NCBI RefSeq assembly: GCF_000737315.1
Contig: NZ_JMCB01000003.1
Location: 20,001 to 268,000 of the forward strand
Reading direction: 5' to 3'
Source: Hyalangium minutum
GTDB taxonomy: Bacteria; Myxococcota; Myxococcia; Myxococcales; Myxococcaceae
Length of the DNA: 248,000 nt
Shown: piece after piece, positions 64,701 through 74,372 of the stretch
Position numbering within the stretch: position 1 is the stretch's first letter
How the letters are laid out: each line of letters starts with the position of its first letter
The notes under the pieces: model-generated
Told to the model about the DNA's origin: nothing
What the model saw: the letters and a program-made list of their open reading frames with translations, nothing else
Database searches by the model: none
Program-made: the position numbers and the translations under genes

Positions 64701-65302
64701 AGCACTACTCGGACATCAAGTTCACCCGCGTGTCCACCATCCGCCGCGATCTCGCCGCCAAGCAGCGCGAGATCCAGCGCGTGGAGAAGGAGTACGCGGC
64801 GGTGCTGGCCATCGGCTCGGGCGAGTGGGGTATCGCCGCGCTCACCCGCATCGGTCTGGCGTACGCGGACTTCGCTCGCAACATCATCGAGTCGCCGGAT
64901 CCCAAGGGCCTGGATGAGGAGCAGACCACCATGTACCGCGGCGAGTTGGAGAACCTCGCGCTTCCGCTCGAGGACAAGTCCACCGAGGCCCTGGAGAAGG
65001 CGCTCGACAAGGCCTACGAGCTGTCCATCTACAACGAGTTCACGCTCGCCGCGCAGGATCAGGTGAACCGCTACCGTCCGGGTGCCTACGCCCAGGTCCG
65101 CCAGGTGCCGTTCCGTGGCAGCGAGTTCTTCGCCACCTCGGATGTCGCCAAGGATCCAGGCATGTCGGCGGCCGCCACCGCGGGCTCCACGCCCACTGCG
65201 CCGAGTAAGCCCACGCAGGCTCCGAGCGCTCCGCAGGCGCAGCCTCAGGCTCCGCAGGCCTCGCCCGCGCCCGCCGCCACGGTGGGGGAGGCCCGGCCGT
65301 GA
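61727..65302 (+). CDS. nfsD: Large TPR protein NfsD (GltD/AgmU paralogue)
   Basis: Signal peptide and extended TPR array, about 1190 aa. Confidence 0.75.
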   Translation: MKAFLRFGALAVGVALTASGVGEAAPPKKAVGKKPAAAAKAAPVGKKTVEKASKEKAPSAVPGAPEEKRRNGPARVAPANAKFAELPRIADSKKDALADKKRDEAIEGFKRLIPKIQDGTSRKADLLYRLSELYWEKSKYLYRLEMDRYLEAEKKYDAAVARGEKLEAPKEDHRDSERYRAEVMSLYEDILRDYPQYEIRDEVLFSQAYNLYELGRQPEAVKRYEELIRDFPKSQFVPDAYIQLGNHYFDNNKLMPAKQNYEKARDTGVPKIYAYAIYKLAWCDFNAGDYEAGLKKLQEAVEYAETRGEELGDLKTEALNDLTVFYVQLDLPKDAIAYFKAKAPEKRQARLIAKTAVGLADAGHFDSGIYMFRWLIDDKPMGPSAPEFQQAIVRSYEGLRQRTQVRAEMKKMVDLYRPGGTWWEANTGNKSVLRNAFNVTEEAMRVMVTEYHQEAQKTREVATYQLARDIYKEYVDAFASSSDPDFVSDSAFNLRFFYAEILWALEEWEAAAAQYDAVVAFKIPDRDSAREVSNETYRKSASFAAVLAYDKLVKIERGQLAKSDLKAGQKVDENKYKGDVEKKRIIKKNAKEQPEQQLTRFEERLVAACDTYNSLYPNNQDEVDLRYQAAVILYDRNHFVDAARRFGEIIVKFPEERRSRDAADLTMFVLESREEWFELNKLARQFLGNKKLTKPGTEFAARVAKVVEGSQYKWVDEVVYRQEKNPKKAAELFLEFVTEFPKSENADRALTYAMIIFQEAAELDRGVEAGERVLQEYPDSVFDLKVRYTLAGFYEKMAEFKKAAEAYEAFVAAYDEAAGTAKKKKTAKGGASKVAQGSAEREQILKDAEGWVADALFNAGVWWEGVGNSPKAIAAYQSYISRFRDRKDVPQIAFNIALVHEKDGKWAEAAKAFASFSETYSRDARTNPGQLYLAKYRELMAQRQLKSWKDMERLQSELVRGWAKLPDESKQNVSLVDAYAHARFMGLEALWKHYSDIKFTRVSTIRRDLAAKQREIQRVEKEYAAVLAIGSGEWGIAALTRIGLAYADFARNIIESPDPKGLDEEQTTMYRGELENLALPLEDKSTEALEKALDKAYELSIYNEFTLAAQDQVNRYRPGAYAQVRQVPFRGSEFFATSDVAKDPGMSAAATAGSTPTAPSKPTQAPSAPQAQPQAPQASPAPAATVGEARP

Positions 65303-65340
65303 TTCTCACTGACTTCAAGGCAGCTCCAGGGAAGACGACC

Positions 65341-66771
65341 ATGAAGATCGCCCGCACGCTTGCCGCCGCCGCGCTCGCCTTCACGACCGCGTGCGCCACG
65401 GCTCCTCAGGTCAAGCCCACGCCCGTCACCGAGACGGCGCCCCAGGCTCCTCATGCACAGGTGGCGGGTCAGCCCAGCAAGCCGGTCCCGGCGCCCACGC
65501 CGCCCTCGGCGGATGCCGGCCCGCACGAGCTGTTCATGTCGGCGCTCGCGTCCTTCGACGCCGGAGACTACGAGGCCGCGCGCAAGGGCTTCGAGCAGGT
65601 GGTGGCCAAGGCGCCGCAGAGCCTCAACGCGCAGTTCAACGTGGGGCTCATCGCCGAGCGTCAGGCGAAGCCCGCCGAGGCCCAGGCCGCCTACGAGAAG
65701 GTCCTCTCGGTGGACCCGAACCACCAGCCCTCGCTGCTGAACCTCGGCCGGCTGTACCGGCTGCAGGACCGGTTCGAGGACGCCATCGGCCTCTACGAGA
65801 AGGCGCTCAAGACGCCCGGCCACGAGCATGATGTGGCGCTGCTCAACAACCTCACCGTGGCGTACCGGCTCGCGGGCAAGTTCGAGCTCGCCGAGGCCAC
65901 TGCCCGCCGCGTCCTGGCCCGCAGCAAGGACAACCCCGACGCGTACAAGAACCTGGCGCTCATCTACTACGACCAGGGGCAGTACCGGCTCGCCGAAGTG
66001 GTGAGCGCCAACGCGCGCAAGCTCGCGGAGAACGATCCGGGCGTCTACAACAACCTGGGGATGATCTACTTGAAGCAGAACGATCGGTCCCGCGCGCTGG
66101 CCCAGTTCCAGAAGGCCGTGTCGCTCGATCCGAAGTTCGCTCCGGGCTACCTCAACATCGGCGCCATGTCGCTGGCCTACCGCGACTACACGGGCGCCGA
66201 GCGCGCCTTCTCCAAGGCGGTGGAGCTCGATCCCGCCTCCTACGAGGGCCACCTTTATTACGCCTACGCGCTCGACGGGCAGAAGGGCCGCGATCCGAAG
66301 AAGGGGCTCACCGCGGGCGAGGCCTTCGAGAAGGTCCTCACCCTCCGCCCCGATCAGCCGGATGCCATCTGCGGGGCGGGCTGGGCCTACGCGGCGGAGC
66401 GGGCTGGCTGGGACAAGGCGCTGGGCTTCTTCGAGCGCTGCAAGTCTCTCGCGAGCACCTCGCCGCAGGATCAGCAGATGATCGCCGCCAAGGTGCAGGG
66501 CATCCAGGCCATGAAGAAGAGCGGCCAGCCGGACCCCGCCGCCGAGCACAAGAAGGAGGCCACCACGGCTCCGGGCGCCAACGGTTCGCTGCTCGACAAG
66601 GTGTCCGAGGAGGCGGCGCGTCAGGAGGGCCCGCTGCCCGAGGAGACGGCTCCGGCGGGGGATGCGGCCTCGGGTGAGACCGCGCCTTCCTCGGAGGCTC
66701 CCGCCGCTGCGGACTCCGCGGCTCCGGCGGCTCCGGAAGGCAGCTCGCCTGCTCCCTCTCCGGTGCCGTGA
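65341..66771 (+). CDS. nfsE: TPR lipoprotein NfsE (GltE/AglT paralogue)
   Basis: Lipobox TTAC; TPRs. Confidence 0.72.
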   Translation: MKIARTLAAAALAFTTACATAPQVKPTPVTETAPQAPHAQVAGQPSKPVPAPTPPSADAGPHELFMSALASFDAGDYEAARKGFEQVVAKAPQSLNAQFNVGLIAERQAKPAEAQAAYEKVLSVDPNHQPSLLNLGRLYRLQDRFEDAIGLYEKALKTPGHEHDVALLNNLTVAYRLAGKFELAEATARRVLARSKDNPDAYKNLALIYYDQGQYRLAEVVSANARKLAENDPGVYNNLGMIYLKQNDRSRALAQFQKAVSLDPKFAPGYLNIGAMSLAYRDYTGAERAFSKAVELDPASYEGHLYYAYALDGQKGRDPKKGLTAGEAFEKVLTLRPDQPDAICGAGWAYAAERAGWDKALGFFERCKSLASTSPQDQQMIAAKVQGIQAMKKSGQPDPAAEHKKEATTAPGANGSLLDKVSEEAARQEGPLPEETAPAGDAASGETAPSSEAPAAADSAAPAAPEGSSPAPSPVP

Positions 66772-66952
66772 CAGGACAAACTACCGGAACGGATGGGTAC
66801 TTTTTTCCACTCCTCGGGCGGGCAGGGTGGCGGGCTCCGGGCAAGTTCCCTACGATCCGAGGCGTTGGGCTTGGACCAACTCCTGCAAGAACCCACCAGG
66901 AACCTCTTCGTGGGTCCGCTGTCTCAACCGATGAAGTGAATGGAGGCTGCAG

Positions 66953-67228
66953 ATGAAGCGACTGGCATCGGCGGTGGTGGCGGCGGCGTTGTGGGCGGGC
67001 CCGGTGGCGGCCCAGGAGAAGGAGGAAGTGAAGATCATCCAGGAGGAAGACAAGACGGTCTACCGGAAGAAGACCGTGATCGACTTCACGGATGTGACGG
67101 TGGAGGGCGAGCTCACCAAGCCGGAGGGCTCCTACGTCCTCAACCGGAAGAAGACGGACTTTCAGAGCCTCATCAAGGTCCGCGACAACTTCAACCCCGA
67201 GCTGCAGAAGTCGGTGGACAACCTCTAG
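66953..67228 (+). CDS. nfsF: Small secreted protein NfsF (GltF paralogue)
   Basis: KTVIDFTDVTVEGELTKPEG..LIKVRDNF. Confidence 0.78.
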   Translation: MKRLASAVVAAALWAGPVAAQEKEEVKIIQEEDKTVYRKKTVIDFTDVTVEGELTKPEGSYVLNRKKTDFQSLIKVRDNFNPELQKSVDNL

Positions 67229-67256
67229 CGCCTGAAAGGGGCGCTTCGTTTTCTTG
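67227..67256 (+). terminator. Intercistronic hairpin with U-tract between nfsF and nfsG
   Basis: agcgcc-tgaaag-gggcgct followed by tcgttttctt. Confidence 0.45.
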
Positions 67257-67285
67257 GGTGCGGAAGGGCGGAAGGAACGATCCTC

Positions 67286-69247
67286 ATGGCGGCGGGAAAG
67301 AATAACGGACTGAGGTTGCGCATCACGGGGCCTGACGGGGCCACGATGGAGACCATCGCGGACGCCGAGAGCGTCATCGTGGGCTCCGGTGCGCAGGCGG
67401 CGGTGAAGATTCAGGACCCCAGTGTCTCCAACCTCCACGTGATGTTGAAGGTGGACAAGGAGGGTGGAGTCACAGCGATCGATCTCGGCAGTGAGTCCGG
67501 GACCCAGGTCGGCGGGCAGCGGCTGATGGTGCCCAAGATGCTGGAGCCTGGAGATGTGCTCACAGTGGGGGCGTGCCGGGTGGAGGTGGTGTTCGGCGAG
67601 GTGGAGCCTCCGGCGCCCAAGGTGCCCGCGGGCGCGCAGGTGAGCGGGACGGGCTTCCAAGGCTCGGTGACACAGAAGGCCGCGGTGGCGCCTCCTGTGA
67701 ACCCGGCCAAGGCTGCGGCACCCGAGGTGGTGGTGCCGACCTCGAGCCGCACGCTGACGCCTCCGGGCCTCAAGGCGAAGGTGCCGACGCCGGTGCCGTT
67801 GCCCAAGGCTCCGGTTCCGGTGGCGGCGAAGAAGCCCGAGACGCCGGTCCACTTGCAGGAGCCACTGCCTCCGAGCGCCATGCCGACGTCCGAGGCGAAG
67901 GTGCTCCAGGTGGCGATGCTCTGGGGCGACCAGATCCTCGAGGTACAGCACTTCCGTGAGGGGGTGCCGGTCACCATCGGCGAGGGCAAGAAGAACTTCT
68001 TCCACGTCTTCGTGCCCGAGGTGGGCGCTCGCCACGTGCTGGCGGTGAGCCAGGGCGACAAGGTGGAGCTGCGCGTGCCCGCGGGCGGCGGAGTCTTCGT
68101 GACCTCGCAGGGGGATGTGCGGACGAAGGACGCGCTGCGCGCCTCCGGCCAGCTGGCGTCCTCGGTGGCGGCCAAGGGCCAGGTGTTCACGCTGGGGCTG
68201 CACGACCGGGCGGAGGTGGCGCTCGGGACGATCGCCTTCGTGGTGCGCTACGTGAAGCCCTCGCCGGCCATCCAGGCGAGGGCAGTGGACGAGGCGGACT
68301 TCACCTACTTCAAGATCACCTGCATCACGATCCTCGCGGCGGCGGCGGTGGTGGCGGCGATGCTGCTGACGCCTCGGCAGCAGACGGCCTCGGCGGACGA
68401 CATCCTCCAGGATCAGCAGCGGGTGGCGAAGTTCCTGATCAAGCCCGAGAAGAAGATCGAGATCAAAAAGCTGAAGCTCGCCGGAGTCGAGGAGGGCGCC
68501 AAGGCCAAGGACGAGGAGGGCAAGTTCGGCAAGGAGGAGGCGAAGAAGCAGGAGGCTGATCCCTCCAAGCCGGGCACTCCGGTGGTGGACAAGACCAAGC
68601 GCGAGAAGGACCGGCAGGTGGTGGGCAGCGTGGGCCTGCTGGGCGCCTTCAAGGGCCTCAAGGGCGGCGCCTCGGACGTGTTCGGTCCGGGCGGTCTGGG
68701 CACCGGCATCAACAACTCGCTCGGCGGCCTGAAGTCGGGCGCGGGGCTGGGGGATGCGCAGGGCGTGGGCGGGCTCGGCACACGCGGTAACGGCACGGGC
68801 GGTGGCGGCACGGCGCTGGGCATCGGCGGCCTGGGCACCAAGGGTGACGGCCGCGGCACCGGTGGCCACGGCGGCATCGATCTGGGCGGCAAGGGCAAGG
68901 CGACCACGCGCATCGTCCCGGGTAAGACGACGGTGGTGGGCGGCCTGGACAAGGACGTGATCGCCAAGATCATCCGGCAGCACCAGAACGAGATCAAATA
69001 CTGCTACGAGTCCGAGCTGAACAAGAACCCGAGCCTGGCGGGCAAGGTCGCGGTGGCCTTCACCATCGACCCGACGGGCGCGGTGGCTGATGCCAACGTG
69101 ACGGAGACGACGCTCAACAGCTCCACGGCGGAGAACTGCATGTTGGCGCGCATCCGCCGCTGGAAGTTCCCCGAGCCCAAGGGCGGCGGCGTGGTGGCCG
69201 TCACCTACCCGTGGCTCTTCTCGCCCGCGGGTTCCGAGGGCGAGTAA
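67286..69247 (+). CDS. nfsG: FHA-TM-TonB_C protein NfsG (GltG paralogue)
   Basis: FHA, single TM, Gly-rich linker, C-terminal IKYCYE..VAVTYPW TonB-C-like domain. Confidence 0.8.
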   Translation: MAAGKNNGLRLRITGPDGATMETIADAESVIVGSGAQAAVKIQDPSVSNLHVMLKVDKEGGVTAIDLGSESGTQVGGQRLMVPKMLEPGDVLTVGACRVEVVFGEVEPPAPKVPAGAQVSGTGFQGSVTQKAAVAPPVNPAKAAAPEVVVPTSSRTLTPPGLKAKVPTPVPLPKAPVPVAAKKPETPVHLQEPLPPSAMPTSEAKVLQVAMLWGDQILEVQHFREGVPVTIGEGKKNFFHVFVPEVGARHVLAVSQGDKVELRVPAGGGVFVTSQGDVRTKDALRASGQLASSVAAKGQVFTLGLHDRAEVALGTIAFVVRYVKPSPAIQARAVDEADFTYFKITCITILAAAAVVAAMLLTPRQQTASADDILQDQQRVAKFLIKPEKKIEIKKLKLAGVEEGAKAKDEEGKFGKEEAKKQEADPSKPGTPVVDKTKREKDRQVVGSVGLLGAFKGLKGGASDVFGPGGLGTGINNSLGGLKSGAGLGDAQGVGGLGTRGNGTGGGGTALGIGGLGTKGDGRGTGGHGGIDLGGKGKATTRIVPGKTTVVGGLDKDVIAKIIRQHQNEIKYCYESELNKNPSLAGKVAVAFTIDPTGAVADANVTETTLNSSTAENCMLARIRRWKFPEPKGGGVVAVTYPWLFSPAGSEGE

Positions 69248-69457
69248 GGCAGAGCCTCTCGGTTCGGAGCTGAAGTGACAGAGCCCCCGGTGCACCTTTG
69301 GGTGCCCGGGGGTTCGTGTCTGCGGGGGCGTGCGCCGTGGGATGGACGACGTTCGCCCTGAAGAGTTTTCACGCCGGACGTTGCCGCTCGGCGGGGGGGA
69401 TCATTAACGTCCAGCGCGCTTCAGGAAGTCTCTGGAGGACCTGCGTTGGGAGGTTCT

Positions 69458-70054
69458 GTGAGGAAGTCCGTTCTCGTCGCCGCGCTCGCGCTGTCCACCA
69501 CCGCCCTGGCGGCCACGCCCCCCGAGGGTGTGGAGTACAAGCCCCGCCGTGGCTTCTTCACCGAGACGGACATCGGCATGTTCTTCACGCTCGGCGGGGA
69601 GAACACGTACTCCAACGCCCAGTCGTACCTGCAGCTGGGCGTGGGGTATGACTTGACGGAGACGCTCTCGCTGGGGCTGCACTTCGGCCTGGGCTCGTCG
69701 GCGGCGAACTGCTTCGCGGGCTACCTGCCGGACTCGGACATCTGCGCGCTGTCGGACAACTTCACCGTGGCCTTCGGGGACATGACGGCCGCGTACCACG
69801 TGCGGATGACCGACCGGTTCTACCTGACGCCCAAGGTGGCGGCTGGCTACACGCGGCTGGATCCGGCCCCGGTGGACGTCAGTGGTGATCCCAGCCGCAC
69901 CCTGCATGCGCTGAACGCGGGGGTGGGCATCGGCATCGAGTACGGGACGATGATGGACCACTTCTCGGTGGGGGCGGACTTCCTGGCTCGCTACGTCTTC
70001 GGCCCGAACATCCCCACGTTCGCGTTGTTCCCGCGGGTGAAGTACACGTTCTAG
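69458..70054 (+). CDS. nfsH: OM beta-barrel NfsH (GltH/CglE-like)
   Basis: RRGFFTETDIG, terminal YTF. Confidence 0.7.
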   Translation: MRKSVLVAALALSTTALAATPPEGVEYKPRRGFFTETDIGMFFTLGGENTYSNAQSYLQLGVGYDLTETLSLGLHFGLGSSAANCFAGYLPDSDICALSDNFTVAFGDMTAAYHVRMTDRFYLTPKVAAGYTRLDPAPVDVSGDPSRTLHALNAGVGIGIEYGTMMDHFSVGADFLARYVFGPNIPTFALFPRVKYTF

Positions 70055-70184
70055 GCACCGCCTGCGGCCGGAGCCGTCATTCGCCTTCACACCTTTTTCG
70101 GCGTGCGTCCACCCAGGTATCGGAAGCGGGGGACGTGTCGACCGAGGTCGGATAACCTGGCGCGTTCCTCTTCACCTGCGAGGA

Positions 70185-71492
70185 ATGGCCATGCGTCGAT
70201 TGTTGGGAGGGTGCTCGGTTCTGGCGGTCTTGCTGTTCGCCTGTGGGGAGCCGGTGGAGACACCTCCGGCTCCTCCTCCGGACGTCCCGCCGACCTATCA
70301 CCGGGACATCGCACCGTTGGTGCAAGAGAAGTGCGGGAGCTGCCACACCCAGGGCGGCATCGCCCCGTTCCCGCTGCAGACCTACGCCCAGGTCTTCGAG
70401 ATGCGCTGGGCCGTCCAGGCGGCGGTGAAGGCGCGCATCATGCCCCCATGGATGCCCGCGCAAGACTGCACGGAGTACCTGCAGGACCACTCGCTCTCGG
70501 AGGAGCAGATCGCGCTCCTCTCCCGCTGGGTGGATGAGGGCGGTGTGGAGGGCGACGTGGCGGGCGCGCCCGGCGGCACCGGAGTCAGTGAGGGAGGACT
70601 CTCGCGCGTCGACCTGGAAGTCTCGATGGCCGAGCCGTTCACGCCCACGCAGAGGCCGGACCAGTACCGCTGCTTCGTGCTCGACTGGCCCGAGACCGCT
70701 ACGCGCTACGTCAGCGGGTTCCGTGGCAACCCGGGGCAGCCGTCGATCGTGCACCACCTCGTCGCGTTCCTTGCCAGGCCGGACGAGGTGGCCACCTTCC
70801 AGGGGCTGGACGCTGCCGATCCTGAGCCCGGCTACCCGTGCTTCGGTGGCCCTGGCCGGCCTGGGAACACGGTGTCGTGGCTCGGGAGCTGGGTGCCCGG
70901 CAGCACCGGCACGGACTACCCTGAGGGGACTGGCATCCAGGTGGAGCCGGGCTCCAAGATCATCCTCCAGCTTCACTACAACCTGAGCAGCGCGAACTCG
71001 GCGCCGGATCGGACCTCCCTGTCCCTGCGTCTGGAGTCCTCGGTGCAGAAGGTGGCCATCATGCAGCCCTGGTCCAACCCGGCCTGGCTGCAACCGGAGG
71101 CCATGCGCATCCCCGCGGGCCAGGCGGACGTCCGGTATCGCTTCGCGTTCGACCTGGTGCCCGTGCTCTCGCGCATCACCCGGGGCGCCTTCCGCGACAA
71201 CGAGCCCATCACCGTGCACACAGCCGCGCTGCACATGCACACGCTGGGCAGCTGGGGGCGCATGGAGATCGAGCGCAAGACGGGCATCAACGACTGCATG
71301 CTCCACATCCCGCGCTGGGACTTCCACTGGCAGAGCAGCTACGTGTTCACCCAGTCCAAGGAGGTCAAGCCCGGGGAGCGCATGGCCATCGAGTGCCACT
71401 GGGACAACAGCCAGCCCAACGCCCAGGACGTCACCTGGGGTGAAGGCACGGGCGACGAGATGTGCCTCGGCACCTTCTACATGACCCAGTAA
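70185..71492 (+). CDS. Copper type II ascorbate-dependent monooxygenase-like lipoprotein
   Basis: CGSCH, VHH, LQLHY, HMH, WDFHWQ, DEMC. Confidence 0.8.
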   Translation: MAMRRLLGGCSVLAVLLFACGEPVETPPAPPPDVPPTYHRDIAPLVQEKCGSCHTQGGIAPFPLQTYAQVFEMRWAVQAAVKARIMPPWMPAQDCTEYLQDHSLSEEQIALLSRWVDEGGVEGDVAGAPGGTGVSEGGLSRVDLEVSMAEPFTPTQRPDQYRCFVLDWPETATRYVSGFRGNPGQPSIVHHLVAFLARPDEVATFQGLDAADPEPGYPCFGGPGRPGNTVSWLGSWVPGSTGTDYPEGTGIQVEPGSKIILQLHYNLSSANSAPDRTSLSLRLESSVQKVAIMQPWSNPAWLQPEAMRIPAGQADVRYRFAFDLVPVLSRITRGAFRDNEPITVHTAALHMHTLGSWGRMEIERKTGINDCMLHIPRWDFHWQSSYVFTQSKEVKPGERMAIECHWDNSQPNAQDVTWGEGTGDEMCLGTFYMTQ

Positions 71493-71628
71493 GCCCCTTG
71501 GGTGAGGCCGAAATGCTCTTCAGGACATGTTTTTTAGCCTTAGGTTCGGCTAATTAACTCCTAAGGTACTTGAAAATAGCCGATGCGGTCACCATGATGC
71601 GTCGCGTCGGATCAAGCCAGGAGGAGCC

Positions 71629-73002
71629 ATGAGGAAGTGGTTGGCAGTCGCGTTGCTCGCGGGGATGGCGGTACTGGGCGTGCTTCAGCCTGCGGCCCAG
71701 GTGAAGCAAGGAGGCCCCATCAACGCGGCCGACACCGCTTGGATCCTCACCGCGACGGCGCTGGTGCTGCTCATGACGCCGGGCCTGTCCTTCTTCTATG
71801 GCGGCATGGTCCGCCTGAAGAACGTGGTGTCCACCCTCATGCAGAGCTTCATGGCCATGGCGGTCATTAGTCTGTTGTGGGTAGTGGTAGGATTCAGCCT
71901 GAGCTTTGGCGACAGCTTCCACGGGCTCATCGGCGATCCGCGCACCTTCTTCATGTTCAGTGGCGTGGGCGGGGAGACGCACCCGGATCTGGCGCCCACC
72001 ATCCCGCTGATGCTGTTCGCGCTGTTCCAGCTGAAGTTCGCGATCATCACCCCGGCGCTGATCACCGGCGCGTTCGCCGAGCGCGTGCGCTTCAAGGCGT
72101 ACGTCATCTTCATGGTGCTCTTCAGCCTGTTCATCTACGCGCCGCTGGCGCACTGGACGTGGCACCCGGAGGGCTTCCTGCGGCAGTGGGGCGTGCTGGA
72201 CTTCGCGGGCGGCACGGTGGTGCACATGTCTGCGGGTTTCGCGGCGCTGGCCGGAGCCCTGGTGCTGGGGCGGAGGCAGGTGCACCTGGCCAACGTGACG
72301 CACACGCCGGCCAACATCCCCTTCGTCCTGCTGGGCACGGGCATGCTGTGGTTCGGGTGGTTCGGGTTCAACGCGGGCTCGGCGCTGTCGGCCTCGTCCG
72401 CTGCGACGCTGGCCTTCGCGACCACGAATACGGCCTCGGCGGCGGCGATGCTGGGGTGGCTGGCCTTTGACTGGCTGCGCGGCCGTCAGCCGAGCGCCAT
72501 GGGCGCCTGTGTGGGCGCAGTGGTCGGCCTGGTGGCGGTGACGCCGGCGGCCGGCTTCATCACCGTGGGCCAGAGCATCATGGTGGGCCTGGTGGCGAGC
72601 CTCGTGAGCAACGCGGCGGTGCACTTCAAGAGCCGCACCGCGCTGGACGACACGCTGGACGTGTTCCCCTGTCACGGCCTGGGCGGAGTGGTGGGCATGG
72701 TGCTCACCGGCGTGCTGGCCAAGGATGTGGGGCTCGTCTACGGCCAGACCCGCACCTTCCTCATGCACCTGCTGGGGCTGGTGGTGGTCTCGGTCTTCTC
72801 CTTCGTCGGCTCGTACCTGCTCTACAAGCTGGTGGATCGCATCGTCCCGCTGCGCGTGACGCGCGAGCAGGAGGAGCAGGGGCTCGATCTCAGCCAGCAC
72901 GGTGAGACGGTGGGCGAGACCGCCGTGGCTCCTGCGGCACCGGAGGCTCCTCGTTCCGAGCCCACTCCGCCCGCTCAGCCGGGGGTACCGGTCCCCGCGT
73001 AG
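71629..73002 (+). CDS. amtB: Ammonium transporter
   Basis: MTPGL, DFAGGTVVH, WFGWFGFNAGS, DDTLDVFPCHG. Confidence 0.93.
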   Translation: MRKWLAVALLAGMAVLGVLQPAAQVKQGGPINAADTAWILTATALVLLMTPGLSFFYGGMVRLKNVVSTLMQSFMAMAVISLLWVVVGFSLSFGDSFHGLIGDPRTFFMFSGVGGETHPDLAPTIPLMLFALFQLKFAIITPALITGAFAERVRFKAYVIFMVLFSLFIYAPLAHWTWHPEGFLRQWGVLDFAGGTVVHMSAGFAALAGALVLGRRQVHLANVTHTPANIPFVLLGTGMLWFGWFGFNAGSALSASSAATLAFATTNTASAAAMLGWLAFDWLRGRQPSAMGACVGAVVGLVAVTPAAGFITVGQSIMVGLVASLVSNAAVHFKSRTALDDTLDVFPCHGLGGVVGMVLTGVLAKDVGLVYGQTRTFLMHLLGLVVVSVFSFVGSYLLYKLVDRIVPLRVTREQEEQGLDLSQHGETVGETAVAPAAPEAPRSEPTPPAQPGVPVPA

Positions 73003-73027
73003 GTGTGCAGACGGTGGTGGGTTCGCG

Positions 73028-73065
73028 GCGGCGGCTCCTTTGTTCGGGGCCGCCGCTTTGCTTTT
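73028..73065 (+). terminator. Rho-independent terminator after amt
   Basis: gcggcggctcc-tttgttc-ggggccgccgc followed by tttgctttt. Confidence 0.75.
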
Positions 73066-73083
73066 CTGCTTCTGGAAGAGGGC

Positions 73084-74358
73084 TCAGCGCGACTGCGGCT
73101 GCGAGGCCTGCTCCGAGGCCACGGGCGTGAGCTTCCACGTACCGTACCAGCGGCCTCCCTGGGGATCCTCGGCGAAGGCCACACCTTGGAGCGCTCCGGC
73201 CTGGAGGACCGCGCGGAACTGCACCGTGGTCTCCAGGAACGAGGGATCGCGGATGGAGAAGGTGAGCTCGTTGCTCTGCAGGACCGGCTGGAGGGGAGCC
73301 TCGGCTGTGCCGCCCTGGCTGAAGGTGAGGCGCGCGCGGCCGTTCATCCCGTTCCCCGTGTCTTCGAGAGAGAGGCGCAGGGTGGCGGGTGTCATGCCCG
73401 TCTCAGCGGGGTAGAGGGCCAGCGAGCCGCTCCAGGTGCCTGCGAGCCGGGCCGGCGGAAGGGGCTCGCCCTGAGGCAGGCTGGGGAGGGGGGGATGCGC
73501 GGGCGCTGGGGCCGTGCCGGTGGGGGGGAGCTTCTGCGTGAGAGCCACCTCGGAGCCCACCTGTTGCAGGTAGCGCGCGGTGTCCTCAGGAAGGGACACG
73601 AGCGTCACCGGGTGGGCGGCGTCGAAGCCTGAGCCCGTCCAGGGCGCACCGGTGAGGGTGCCGGGCGCACCCGTGCAGGGCTGGTGGAAGATCGAGGCGA
73701 ACAGGACACAGGCCGAGAGGTAGCTGCCCGCAGGCCCGGGGTGGTGGCCGTCCTGCGCATACAGCTCGAGCTCGGGGTGCTCGCGGCGGACGCGCTCCCA
73801 TGCGACGCCCACAGGGGCGAGCGCGGCACCCAGCTCGGAGGCAATGCGCGCGTAGGCTTGGGTGAGGTGCCCCTGGGCGGCCAGGTTCGCCTTGCGAGAC
73901 CACGTCATATAGAAGAGCGGCTTTGCGCCCACCGCCGAGGCCTGGGCCGCCAGCTGGCGCGCCGCGGGGAAGAACAGCGGCTCGGGATCGCCCAGGTAGG
74001 CCACGCCGTCGATGCGCATGCCTCCCAGCAGGCTCTGCTCCTGGAGCACCACGTGGCTCCATCCACCCTCGGCCATGCGCCGGGAGGCGGTGCCCTCCGT
74101 GAGGAGCCATCGCAGCGTCGCGCCGCCGGTCAGCACGGACTCCGTCTCGATTCGGGACTGCGGGGCCAGGGCGCGCGCGAATCCCTTCAGCATCTCGGGG
74201 ACGCTGTTCTCATACGTGTAGCTGTTGCCGATGAAGAGGACTCGGGTCATGGCGGAGGGACCTGCGTCGGTAGAGGCCTCGGTGGACGGCGGGGGACTGC
74301 GGTCTGTGCGCGAGGTGCAGCCCAGCAGGAGAAGCAGGCTCCAGAACAAGCGGGACAT
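73084..74358 (-). CDS. SGNH/GDSL hydrolase-like lipoprotein
   Basis: FIGNSYT, VVLQEQS, DGHHP; lipobox LLGC. Confidence 0.8.
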   Translation of the reverse strand: MSRLFWSLLLLLGCTSRTDRSPPPSTEASTDAGPSAMTRVLFIGNSYTYENSVPEMLKGFARALAPQSRIETESVLTGGATLRWLLTEGTASRRMAEGGWSHVVLQEQSLLGGMRIDGVAYLGDPEPLFFPAARQLAAQASAVGAKPLFYMTWSRKANLAAQGHLTQAYARIASELGAALAPVGVAWERVRREHPELELYAQDGHHPGPAGSYLSACVLFASIFHQPCTGAPGTLTGAPWTGSGFDAAHPVTLVSLPEDTARYLQQVGSEVALTQKLPPTGTAPAPAHPPLPSLPQGEPLPPARLAGTWSGSLALYPAETGMTPATLRLSLEDTGNGMNGRARLTFSQGGTAEAPLQPVLQSNELTFSIRDPSFLETTVQFRAVLQAGALQGVAFAEDPQGGRWYGTWKLTPVASEQASQPQSR

Positions 74359-74372
74359 GGCGAGAGGAGCGT

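Noticed and set aside
71535-71570. CCTTAGG..CCTAAGG inverted repeat upstream of amt
   Set aside because: Only 7 bp per arm and no recognisable operator; not enough to call.
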